Source: Candidatus Binatia bacterium | Lineage (GTDB): Bacteria > Desulfobacterota > Binatia > Bin18 | DNA: 64,000 nt | Assembly (NCBI GenBank): GCA_963664395.2 | Contig: OY761159.2 | Coordinates: 3,712,001-3,776,000, forward strand | Direction: 5' to 3' | Part shown: positions 8,375 to 17,472 of the stretch, piece by piece | Position numbering within the stretch: position 1 is the first letter of the stretch | Layout: each line of letters begins with the position of its first letter | Notes under the pieces: generated by a model | What the model was told of the DNA's origin: nothing | Database searches by the model: none | Seen by the model: only the letters and a program-made list of their open reading frames with translations | Made by a program: the position numbers and the translations under genes

Positions 8375-9744
8375 ATCAAATGGGGAATATCAACGTTTTC
8401 GTGATGAAGGGTTTACTCCTGTGTCTGACGATATTGACCTGGTGTGGAAATGGTATTGCTCAGCACGCAGGTCATGACACACAGGGACACGCCTGGCAGG
8501 CCACCGCCCCGCACGGAGAAGAGCCGGAGACCACCGGTCAGGAGATTATGCTCAGTGACTCGGCCAAGAGATTGATCCAGCTTGAGACCGCGCTGGTGGA
8601 ACGGAAATGGGTCGAGCGGCAGGTGCGGCTCGTCGGGAAGATTGATTATGACGAAACGCGGCTCAAGCATATTACTGCCTGGGTGCCCGGACGCGTGGAC
8701 CGCCTGTACGTGAACTATACCGGGATTCGCGTCAACAAGGGTGACCACATGGTCTCTCTCTACAGCCCGGAATTACTCTCTGCTCAGGAAGAGCTTATCC
8801 AGACCGCCCGTTCACTCGACCGGCTGCGTGAGAGCACCAGTACCATCGTGAAACGCTCTTCAGCGCGCTCGGTGCAAGCCGCCCGCGACAAGCTGCGCCT
8901 TTTGGGACTGACGGGCACACAGGTACGCCAGATTGAGAAGCAGGGGCAGGCCGATGAGCATGTCACCATCTACGCTCCTATGGGCGGGATTGTGGTGGAG
9001 AAGCAGATCAACGAGGGCATGTATGTGAACACCGGCACCAGGATTTACACGATTGCCGATCTGTCACATCTATGGCTGTATCTGGACGCCTATGAATCTG
9101 ATCTGCCCTGGATTCGCTATGGGCAAGCGGTGGCATTTCGTACCGAGGCATTCCCCGGAGAAGAATTTCACGGAGTGGTCTCGTTCGTTCAGCCTTTCCT
9201 TGACGCGAGAACACGGACAGTCCGGGTGCGAGTGAATGTTGAAAATCCTGACCTCGGGCTGAAGCCGGGGTTGTTCGCCACCGCAACGATCAAGGCTCAG
9301 ATTTCGGACCGGGGAACCGTCATAGGTCCTTCTTATACCGGGCAGTATATCTGCCCCATGCATCCCGAGGTGATCCGTGAGGCGGCGGGAAGTTGCCCGA
9401 TTTGCGGAATGCCTCTGGTCCTGGCCGACAATTTCCCGCTGGTTGGCCACAACCATGAGCACGAGGCCGGGCCACCGCTGGTTATTCCGGCGTCGGCGCC
9501 GCTCATTACCGGGAAGCGCGCCATTGTGTACGTGCAGAAGCCGGGCACTGGGGCGTACGAGGGCCGAACCATTACGCTCGGTCCACGCGCGGGGGACTAT
9601 TACATTGTCAAAGCGGGGCTCCACGAGGGGGAGCGTATCGTTTCAAGCGGCTCGTTCAAAATTGATGCAGACCTCCAGATTCAGGGTAAACGCAGCATGA
9701 TGAATCCACACGGTGGGCGGGCAGGTGGTGCCCCTAGGCATTGA
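8371..9744 (+). CDS. cusB: RND periplasmic adaptor, CusB family, with heavy-metal-binding domain
   Basis: YSPELLSAQEE, IADLSHLW and TRTVRVR motifs; YICPMHP...CPICGM metal-binding domain; His-rich segments. Confidence 0.85.
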   Translation: MNQMGNINVFVMKGLLLCLTILTWCGNGIAQHAGHDTQGHAWQATAPHGEEPETTGQEIMLSDSAKRLIQLETALVERKWVERQVRLVGKIDYDETRLKHITAWVPGRVDRLYVNYTGIRVNKGDHMVSLYSPELLSAQEELIQTARSLDRLRESTSTIVKRSSARSVQAARDKLRLLGLTGTQVRQIEKQGQADEHVTIYAPMGGIVVEKQINEGMYVNTGTRIYTIADLSHLWLYLDAYESDLPWIRYGQAVAFRTEAFPGEEFHGVVSFVQPFLDARTRTVRVRVNVENPDLGLKPGLFATATIKAQISDRGTVIGPSYTGQYICPMHPEVIREAAGSCPICGMPLVLADNFPLVGHNHEHEAGPPLVIPASAPLITGKRAIVYVQKPGTGAYEGRTITLGPRAGDYYIVKAGLHEGERIVSSGSFKIDADLQIQGKRSMMNPHGGRAGGAPRH

Positions 9745-9770
9745 ATCCCAGACATACCCCGGAGTGCATT

Positions 9771-12700
9771 ATGAACGCGGTCATTCGTTTTTGCCTGGAA
9801 AATAAGTGGATCGTTCCCCTCTTCATTGTCTGCATTACTGCGTGGGGCGTCATGGTCGCCCCTTTTGATTGGAAGCTCGATTTCCTCCCTCGAAATCCTG
9901 TTCCGGTTGATGCCATCCCGGACATTGGCGAGAATCAGCAAATTGTCTTTACGAAATGGCCGGGACGGTCTCCGCGTGATGTTGAGGACCAAATCAGCTA
10001 TCCGCTGACGGTTTCCCTGCTGGGGCTGCCCGGTGTCAAAACCATCCGGAGCTTTTCCTATTTTGGATACTCATCCATCTACATCATTTTTAAGGATGAA
10101 GTTGACTTCTACTGGTCTCGTTCCAGGGTGTCGGAGAAACTCTCCAGTCTTCCACAGGGTCTGTTACCGGACGATGTTTCTCCCGCCCTGGGACCGGATG
10201 CGACCGCCCTGGGGCAAATCTTTTGGTATACGCTCGAAGGCCGTGATCCTGAGGGCAATCCGACCGGTGGCTGGAATCTGGACGAGATTCGTAGTGTTCA
10301 GGATTGGTACGTCCGCTATGCGTTGCAAGGGGCGGACGGAGTCGCCGAAGTGGCCTCCATCGGCGGGTTTGTCAAAGAGTACCAAATCGACATCAACCCC
10401 GATGCGCTTCGGGCGTATGACGTCAGTCTTGCCCAGATCATAAACGCGGTCCGGAATTCCAATCTCGATGTCGGTGCGCGAACTATCGAAGTGAACCGGG
10501 TGGAATATGTCATCCGCGGTGTGGGCTTTATCCGGACGCTCCAGGATATCGAGGACATCGCTATCACCGTTCGGGAGAACAATATCCCGGTTCAGGTCAA
10601 AGACGTTGCTCATGTCCACCTTGGGCCGGCGCTGCGACGCGGAGCGCTCGATAAAAACGGAGCTGAGGTCGTGGGCGGGGTCGTGGTTGTCCGCTACGGC
10701 GAGAATCCACTCGCTATAATCCAAAACGTGCGGGCGAAGATTGACGAAATCTCTCCCGGAATGCCGGAAAAGGCCTTAGCCGACGGCACGGTGTCAAAAC
10801 TCACGATCGTGCCTTTCTATGACCGGACCGGATTGATTCTTGAGACCCTCGGGACGCTCAAGGCCGCACTGACGGAAGAAATCCTCGTGACCGGCATCGT
10901 GGTAGTCGTCATGGTCTTCCACCTGATGAGTGCCGTCTTGATTGCTCTTGTGCTTCCCCTGGCAATCCTTATTGCCTTTATCCTCATGCAATTGTCCCAG
11001 GTGCAGGCCAATATTATGGCGCTCTCCGGCATTGCCATCGCCATTGGCACCATGGTCGATATGGGCATTGTGCTGTGTGAGAACATTCTCTTTCATCTCA
11101 ACGCCGCCCCAGCCGATAAGAGCCGCCTGGAGATAGTCTATGAAGCAACTATCGAGGTTGCGGGGGCGGTGCGTACCGCAGTCCTGACAACGGTTGTGAG
11201 TTTTGTGCCCGTGTTCGCCCTGCAGGCCGCGGAAGGAAAACTGTTTGCGCCACTGGCGTACACCAAGACCTTTGCCCTGCTTGGAGCGCTGTTTGTTTCG
11301 TTCATCCTTATCCCACCGGCCGCCCATTTCCTTTTTCGTGACTGGACGGGGCGACGCAGACTGAGGCAAGGACTGTCTCTTGCAGAGGTTGTTGCGGGCC
11401 TCCTGCTGGTTGGGACCTACGCTTTTCCCGGCCTCGTCCTGATGCTGCTGGGTGTCTCTAGCTTGGTGCGTGAGACGTTTCCCTCTCGTTATGCGTGGTT
11501 TTCCCGTTACGAAGGCTACGTCGTTCCGGCTGCCGTTATTGTGATCACGCTGTTCTTTCTTGTCCGGTCTTGGCTCCCCCTTGGCGTAGAAACAGGAACG
11601 CCCATCAACATGGTCTGTGTGGGAGTACTGATTGCTCTGTCGCTGACCTTCTTCAAGTTTTTTCAGGACGTATACCCACGCCTGCTCGGCTGGTGCCTCC
11701 AACACAAACTCCTATTTGCCGTCATTCCTCTCAGCGCGGTGGTCGCAGGTGGAGCGATTTGGTCCCGTATGGGCGAGGAGTTTATGCCGCCGCTCGACGA
11801 GGGGTCTTTTCTGTATATGCCAACGACCATGCCGCATGCGTCCATTGGAGAGGCGCTGGACGTGGTGAAGAAGCTCGATATGGCAGTCGCTTCGATTCCC
11901 GAGGTCGAATTGAGCGTGGGGAAACTGGGACGAGTCGATTCTTCACTCGACCCGGCTCCTATTTCCATGTTTGAGAACGTGATCAACTACAAGTCGGAGT
12001 ACATCGTCGATGCCAATGGATATCCGGCCTATTTTCGCTATGACGCAGCCGCTGACGCATTTGTTCGCGATGCGCAGGGACGGCTTATTCCAGACCCGAA
12101 CGGGCGACCGTATCGACAGTGGCGGTCTCATATTCGTACTCCCGATGATATCTGGAATGAAATCGTCCAGGTCACCAAAATCCCAGGCGTCACGTCCGCG
12201 CCTAAGCTCCAACCCATTGCCGCTCGGATCATGATGCTGCAATCCGGGATGCGTGCGCCCATGGGCGTAAAAGTGAAAGGGCCGACCCTGGAAATTATTG
12301 ATAGCGTCGGACAGCAAATTGAAACGTGGCTGAAAGAGGTGCCGACGATCGAACCGGCAACCGTTGTCGCCGACCGCGTCATTGGCAAGCCGTATCTGGA
12401 GATTCGTATTAACCGTGCTCAGATCGCCCGCTATGGGCTCACGATCAAGGATGTCCAGGACATTATCGAAGTCGCCGTCGGTGGAAAGACGTTGACCCTG
12501 ACGATTGAAGGACGCGAGCGGTATCCGGTGCGGATTCGGTATCTCCGAGAACTCCGCAACGACCTGGAAACGTTGGGCGGGATTCTCATCCCTACGCCAC
12601 TCGGACAACATATCCCGCTGCGCGAGCTTGCAGATATTGCGTTCGAACGCCGGGCTCAAGTGATCAAGAGCGAGGATACCTTCCTGACGAGCTATGTGGT

Positions 12701-13442
12701 CTTTGACAAAAAGCCCGGCCAGGCCGAAGTTGAAGTCGTCGAGGCGGCACAGGCATATCTGCAAGACAAAATTGCGCGCGGCGAGTGGCAAATACCAGCA
12801 GGAGTCAGTTACACCTTTGCCGGCAGTTATGAGAACCAGCTCCGGGCAAAGAAGCGCTTACGAATCGTTATTCCGCTCACTCTCTTTGTGATTTTTCTCA
12901 TCCTGTATCTGCAATTCCGCTCGGCCCTGACGACCTTATTTATCTTCTCGGGTATCTTTGTCGCGTGGGCAGGCGGGTTTCTGATGTTATGGCTGTATGC
13001 CCAAGACTGGTTCTTGAATTTCGCTGTGGGGGAAACAAATTTCCGTGACCTGTTTCAGGTCCGTCCCTTTAATTTGAGCGTAGCGGTGTGGGTCGGCTTT
13101 ATTGCACTGTTTGGGATTGCGACGGATAACGGAGTCCTGATGGCAACCTATCTCAAACAGAGGTTTGACAAACACGCGCCCGGAACGAGAGAGGAAATTC
13201 GGGCTGCGGTCCTTGAGGCAGCTCAACGGCGTATCCGGCCGGCATTGATGACTACGGCAACGACACTCTTGGCCCTCTTACCCGTGCTCACCTCGCGGGG
13301 CCGTGGGGCCGATATCATGGTGCCGATGGCCATCCCGTCTTTCGGCGGCATGGCCATCGCTCTGCTGACCGTATTTGTCGTGCCGGTCCTGTACTGTGGG
13401 GTCGCGGAGTTCAAGGCTCAAAGACAGGCTGAGGGCCTATAG
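9771..13442 (+). CDS. cusA: CusA/CzcA-family heavy-metal RND efflux permease (Cu/Ag type likely)
   Basis: VDAIPDIGENQQIV, LGPDATALG, GEEFMPPLDEGSFLYMP and RIRPALMT motifs. Confidence 0.9.
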   Translation: MNAVIRFCLENKWIVPLFIVCITAWGVMVAPFDWKLDFLPRNPVPVDAIPDIGENQQIVFTKWPGRSPRDVEDQISYPLTVSLLGLPGVKTIRSFSYFGYSSIYIIFKDEVDFYWSRSRVSEKLSSLPQGLLPDDVSPALGPDATALGQIFWYTLEGRDPEGNPTGGWNLDEIRSVQDWYVRYALQGADGVAEVASIGGFVKEYQIDINPDALRAYDVSLAQIINAVRNSNLDVGARTIEVNRVEYVIRGVGFIRTLQDIEDIAITVRENNIPVQVKDVAHVHLGPALRRGALDKNGAEVVGGVVVVRYGENPLAIIQNVRAKIDEISPGMPEKALADGTVSKLTIVPFYDRTGLILETLGTLKAALTEEILVTGIVVVVMVFHLMSAVLIALVLPLAILIAFILMQLSQVQANIMALSGIAIAIGTMVDMGIVLCENILFHLNAAPADKSRLEIVYEATIEVAGAVRTAVLTTVVSFVPVFALQAAEGKLFAPLAYTKTFALLGALFVSFILIPPAAHFLFRDWTGRRRLRQGLSLAEVVAGLLLVGTYAFPGLVLMLLGVSSLVRETFPSRYAWFSRYEGYVVPAAVIVITLFFLVRSWLPLGVETGTPINMVCVGVLIALSLTFFKFFQDVYPRLLGWCLQHKLLFAVIPLSAVVAGGAIWSRMGEEFMPPLDEGSFLYMPTTMPHASIGEALDVVKKLDMAVASIPEVELSVGKLGRVDSSLDPAPISMFENVINYKSEYIVDANGYPAYFRYDAAADAFVRDAQGRLIPDPNGRPYRQWRSHIRTPDDIWNEIVQVTKIPGVTSAPKLQPIAARIMMLQSGMRAPMGVKVKGPTLEIIDSVGQQIETWLKEVPTIEPATVVADRVIGKPYLEIRINRAQIARYGLTIKDVQDIIEVAVGGKTLTLTIEGRERYPVRIRYLRELRNDLETLGGILIPTPLGQHIPLRELADIAFERRAQVIKSEDTFLTSYVVFDKKPGQAEVEVVEAAQAYLQDKIARGEWQIPAGVSYTFAGSYENQLRAKKRLRIVIPLTLFVIFLILYLQFRSALTTLFIFSGIFVAWAGGFLMLWLYAQDWFLNFAVGETNFRDLFQVRPFNLSVAVWVGFIALFGIATDNGVLMATYLKQRFDKHAPGTREEIRAAVLEAAQRRIRPALMTTATTLLALLPVLTSRGRGADIMVPMAIPSFGGMAIALLTVFVVPVLYCGVAEFKAQRQAEGL

Positions 13443-13522
13443 AGCACGCATCGGACATTTATGAGATAGCTTCTAAATACATTGGGCTGAAAAACTCTGT
13501 CTTAATAAAGGGAAGGTCAGGA

Positions 13523-14166
13523 ATGTATATTGGTGAAGAGCAGACGTTAGCGGGCCGCCCAATGCGAAAGATCCGTGACGTCCTTGCTACAGCACTAGAA
13601 CCTCCATGCAAATTGGGAATCCGTCCGTTTCAGGACGTGCTGGGGTTGGACAAGGAAACTGCGCTGGAAGTGGCGCAGTCCTTAGAGCGAACCTACCTCC
13701 AACCTGATCATGACGAGATATTTAAGATTCGGCCCCCTCGTTCTGAAACCGTCCATAATTGGACACTGACAGGAGATGGGGTCAGGCTTGCTAAAGCGAG
13801 AGATATTCGCATATCACGTGCCGAAGCAAAAGCGGGCGTGGAGAGTTGCATTGAGGCAATTCGCAAATTAACGTGGATGATGACTTGGCTTACCGAGTCG
13901 AAGTTGCGATCGTCTTCGGTAGTTATCTGGGAGAGGAAGATTTACTCGGTGACGTCGATATAGGTATCAAATTGGTTGCTCGGTTTGGCGAGTCTCAAAA
14001 ACAAGCCGCCCTGGAGAAGTCGAAACACGATGTGAGTCAAGACCCGCTCTGCAATTGGCCGAGGCAAGAGGTGTGGAATGTTCTTGATGATCTATGCTCG
14101 GATGTCGTGGACATTAATGACCTCTGTCTAGTTGATCCAAAGGAATCTGAACAGATATTTTCTTGA
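13523..14166 (+). pseudogene. Frameshifted minimal nucleotidyltransferase (Pol-beta-like) domain protein
   Basis: Two overlapping ORFs join if one base is added near 13864-13868 (...EAIRK/INVDDDLAYRVEVAIVFGSYLGEEDLLGDVDIGI). GS..DxD NTase motif. Confidence 0.6.
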
Positions 14167-14241
14167 GAGTAGAAGAGTGGAGGAGATAATCTTTGCATAT
14201 AGAGATCGGGCAGGAGGATAGAACTGCTTAAGTTCTCCAAG

Positions 14242-14568
14242 CTAGAGCGCGAGGTAAACAGTCTCGTCCTCGATTTTTGCCCGGTACGTCGTAGCCTGGG
14301 CTGGCCGCTGACTCTCTCCGGTCCGAAGATCAAAGCGCCAGCCGTGCATCGGGCATTTGATGCCACCTGCACTATCTATGTAGCCGCGAATCAGAGGTCC
14401 CTTACGGTGAGGGCAGCGGTTATTGATGGCAAAGACTGTTCCGTCGATATTGAAGAGAGCGATCTCTACGCCGCTGACTGTTATGAGCTTCCGTTTCCCT
14501 GGGGGAAGTTCGTCGGCCTGGCAGGCTGCTTGCCAACCGCTTTCTGTAGGAGCGTGCGACAACGGCAT
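14242..14568 (-). CDS. Rieske [2Fe-2S] ferredoxin (NirD/dioxygenase ferredoxin-like)
   Basis: CPH...CPMHGWRFDLRTG. Confidence 0.9.
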   Translation of the reverse strand: MPLSHAPTESGWQAACQADELPPGKRKLITVSGVEIALFNIDGTVFAINNRCPHRKGPLIRGYIDSAGGIKCPMHGWRFDLRTGESQRPAQATTYRAKIEDETVYLAL

Positions 14569-14588
14569 AAATCAGGCACACAGTATTC

Positions 14589-15554
14589 CTAGGGGAGATA
14601 GCCCCAGAGTTTGACAATATCGTGTGGGTTGCCATTGCAGTACGCTTTATATTTCAGCACGGTATCAATGCCGTCACAGGTGCGCTCCAGATTAGTGTCC
14701 ATGCCTGGAAAATCGCCCCAGCCGTGGTCGTTTCTATTGTCCAGAATCCAAGTGAGGCCACGCATAATGGTTTCACGCTTTTGGTGGTCTTCCAGCATGT
14801 GTGTCACCAACATGAGCGACCGCGTACAGTCCATGGTGTGGTCTACGTTTTCTTCGTCCCACGCCCCTTCTTGGGCTTGCCAGTCACACAACCGCGCCGC
14901 TCCTTTGGCACACGCCTCGCGGACCCCATTGACCCGTTGACCAATAACCAGATCGGCGACCAGCGCGTCTTGGATTAAGTGGGCGGTAATCTCCACGCCA
15001 GACGGGTGAAATTCCTCGTCATACCAACCGCCATCTGTACTTTGGTTTGCGATAATAAATCGTATACCCTGCTCCCAGGCACGCCGGACCTCTTGCTGCC
15101 TATGGGCTTCGCGTAAGGCTATAACCACATTAAAAAAACTGACGGGATGGCTGGTCGTATCCAAGTTGGCCCAGGCCGGGTCAACCCACCGACCGTCCTG
15201 GTGCTGGGTATCCAGAAAATAGTCAATGGACTGCTGGACCGCCTGGGTCAGTTGATCGTGCTGAAGAAAACGGTTGCCACGAATAAGCATCAGACCGCAG
15301 AACGCAGACACCCATACGGTACTCTCAGTATCGGAAGAGAGCGGACTCCAGCCTCCGTCCATATTTTGGCAGTCCACGAGAGCAATATAGTCGTCAAGGA
15401 AGTCTGGAGTGCTCTGCGCGTGCAAGAGGACGCGCAGAGCGTGTGCGACAAGCTCCAGGTCCTGGGGACCAGCGGTCAGACTCCAGTTGTTCCGCTCGCG
15501 TAAGAAAAACGCGTATTCGTCTTTAATGAGCGTGTCAATTCTCTGCAAGTCCAT
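14589..15554 (-). CDS. Prenyltransferase/squalene-cyclase-fold (QW-repeat, alpha/alpha barrel) protein
   Basis: Repeated QxxDGxW motifs: QNMDGGW, QHQDGRW, QSTDGGW, QAQEGAW, RNDHGW. Confidence 0.7.
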   Translation of the reverse strand: MDLQRIDTLIKDEYAFFLRERNNWSLTAGPQDLELVAHALRVLLHAQSTPDFLDDYIALVDCQNMDGGWSPLSSDTESTVWVSAFCGLMLIRGNRFLQHDQLTQAVQQSIDYFLDTQHQDGRWVDPAWANLDTTSHPVSFFNVVIALREAHRQQEVRRAWEQGIRFIIANQSTDGGWYDEEFHPSGVEITAHLIQDALVADLVIGQRVNGVREACAKGAARLCDWQAQEGAWDEENVDHTMDCTRSLMLVTHMLEDHQKRETIMRGLTWILDNRNDHGWGDFPGMDTNLERTCDGIDTVLKYKAYCNGNPHDIVKLWGYLP

Positions 15555-15618
15555 AGGTCACTCCGCGTGAAGTGGTGAAGCAAGCCCGACTGCTCGTAGC
15601 TACTCGTACCTCGTCGTG

Positions 15619-15730
15619 TCTTAGTATCTTGGTGTCTTGGTGTCTTGGTGTCTTGGTATCTTGGTATCTTGGTATCTTGGTGTCTTGGTATCTTGGTGTC
15701 TTGGTATCTTGGTGTCTTGGTATCTTGGGG
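15619..15730. repeat. 8-bp tandem repeat (TCTTGGTR), 13 copies plus 1 partial
   Basis: Read directly. Units vary only at position 8 (A/G), except the first, TCTTAGTA. The array abuts the stop codon of the PEP-mutase-like gene. Confidence 0.95.
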
Positions 15731-17410
15731 CTAGTGTATTTTTGCCCAGGCACGTCGGTAATCTTCGAATGTATCGATTTCAAGCCAACCTTTATAAATA
15801 TCCACGCAGGCGATGTCATGTTTGTGATCGATGAGTTCTTGTAGCATGTCGGTGAACGCCGCAGTTTCCAGCGTACTCGCTTCGTGGAAGCGACGGGCCG
15901 AACGTGCTGTCTGAAGCTCTTGATAGGCAGTCCGTAAGATTCGTGCACCTGAAGCGGAAAACATGGCTAAGCCAATAAATTCGCCATCGGCAGCCTGTGG
16001 TGCAATATGCTGACCTATCTGCGTCAGTGTCGTGGCTTCGGCGGTTGGGAGGTAGCGATAGCCTGTTTTGGGAGGCTGATGGGTGACTACAAGATCCGGA
16101 TTATTCGTTCGGACCTCTGCTTGTCCCGGTTCGTGATCATTCCAGGCACGATCGACCACTATGCTGATAGCAGCTTGAGATTTGAGCAATTTTTCGAGAA
16201 TAGATGGATCAAGAAGAATGTCCGAATAGAGAAAGAGAAAGCGGCCTGTCATCTCAGTTTCAGCAAGGAAGAGAGACGAGAGCTCGCCGGTCTCGCGGAA
16301 GCGGTCGTTATCGTAGTAGCGAATGTTCGGCAGGTTGATTTGCTCTTTATGATAGCCCCGGACAACGACAATATCTTTTACCCCGCACTCGTTCAGCGCC
16401 TGAATCTGTCGCTCAAGAATGGTCTTGCCCTTGATTTCAAGCATGGCTTTTGGACGGTCCTCAATCAGGGGTAAGAGTTCTTCCTCAAAGCCGGCCGCAA
16501 TAATAATAGCGGTCACCTCATGTCCGCCGGGGACTAAGAATTTCTTTTCATTGGCTTGGAGAGCAGGAACGCCAACAAGGTCGTAGATTTCGGGCAGCGT
16601 CACAATCTGTTTATCAACCGCAGCCGGCCGCCCCTCCTGTTTGAGTGTCGCCAGCGCGCTTCGCATCCCGGTGACGGCAGCTCGCAGGGTTTGATTGGCA
16701 AAAATAACGAACTGAAAACCGGCGGCAGCAAGATCTTGAGCAGTAATATCAGCATAAGTCGTCGGCACGGCGACGAGCGGACAGGGCACATCCCAGCTTG
16801 CTGCAAAATCTCTCAGTTCTTCATCAAAAGTCGCGGCTTTAGAGTGGATGAGGATGGCGTCAGCGCCAGCTTCAGCATAGGCATGGGCTCGACTCAGCGC
16901 CTCTTGTTTTCCCCAGCCAGCAATAAAGGCTTCCGTGCGTGCAATAATGACAAAGTCCGCATTCTGCCGCGTAGCCGTAGCGGCCTGGATTTTTCGGGCA
17001 TGCTCGTCAATCGGGACGAGTTCGCGCTGGACTCCGGCGTAAAAACTGCAGCGCTTGGGAAAGATATTATCCTCAATACAAATGCCGGCCGCCCCGGCAT
17101 GCTCGTGCTCGGCCACAGTGCGTATGACGTTAATGGCATTGCCAAAGCCGTTGTCGCAATCGGCAATCACCGGAATACTCACCGCAGCGCTCATCCGACG
17201 AACGGCCTCCAAAGTCTCACTCATTGTGAGTATATTGGCATCCGGCACGGCGTTCACGGCCGAGATGCCAAAGCCGCTTGCCCAGATCGCATCAAAGCCG
17301 GCCTCTTGGGCAAGCCGGGCAGAGAGGGCATCGTGTGCCCCCAGGACTAGGGTCGGACCGGGCTGCTTGAGTAATTCCCGCAGGCGTGTTGTCGCTGTCA
17401 TGATGGGCAA
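15731..17410 (-). CDS. PEP-mutase-like (ICL superfamily) enzyme fused to a C-terminal nucleotidyl(cytidylyl)transferase
   Basis: GAHDALSA, WASGF, IADCDNGFG, IEDNIFPKRCS, IIARTEA and LIHSK motifs. C-terminal domain has IIAAG...RPKAMLEIKGKTILERQ...GWLEIDT. Alternative start ATG 17401. Confidence 0.8.
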   Translation of the reverse strand: MPIMTATTRLRELLKQPGPTLVLGAHDALSARLAQEAGFDAIWASGFGISAVNAVPDANILTMSETLEAVRRMSAAVSIPVIADCDNGFGNAINVIRTVAEHEHAGAAGICIEDNIFPKRCSFYAGVQRELVPIDEHARKIQAATATRQNADFVIIARTEAFIAGWGKQEALSRAHAYAEAGADAILIHSKAATFDEELRDFAASWDVPCPLVAVPTTYADITAQDLAAAGFQFVIFANQTLRAAVTGMRSALATLKQEGRPAAVDKQIVTLPEIYDLVGVPALQANEKKFLVPGGHEVTAIIIAAGFEEELLPLIEDRPKAMLEIKGKTILERQIQALNECGVKDIVVVRGYHKEQINLPNIRYYDNDRFRETGELSSLFLAETEMTGRFLFLYSDILLDPSILEKLLKSQAAISIVVDRAWNDHEPGQAEVRTNNPDLVVTHQPPKTGYRYLPTAEATTLTQIGQHIAPQAADGEFIGLAMFSASGARILRTAYQELQTARSARRFHEASTLETAAFTDMLQELIDHKHDIACVDIYKGWLEIDTFEDYRRAWAKIH

Positions 17411-17472
17411 ACTATAGGGGCCGATTAGTGGGGTCGCAAGTGCCTAGTGATGTTCTTGCCGTCGTATTGACC

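Noticed and set aside
10164-12791. Long antisense ORFs over cusA (and similar ones over gltB, feoB and xth)
   Set aside because: They are shadow frames of well-supported genes and have no motifs of their own.
15619-15730. Possible CRISPR array or repeat-encoded peptides (ORFs 15535-15948, 15572-15844)
   Set aside because: Units are 8 bp with no spacers and no cas genes. The ORFs are by-products of a stop-free repeat overlapping real genes.
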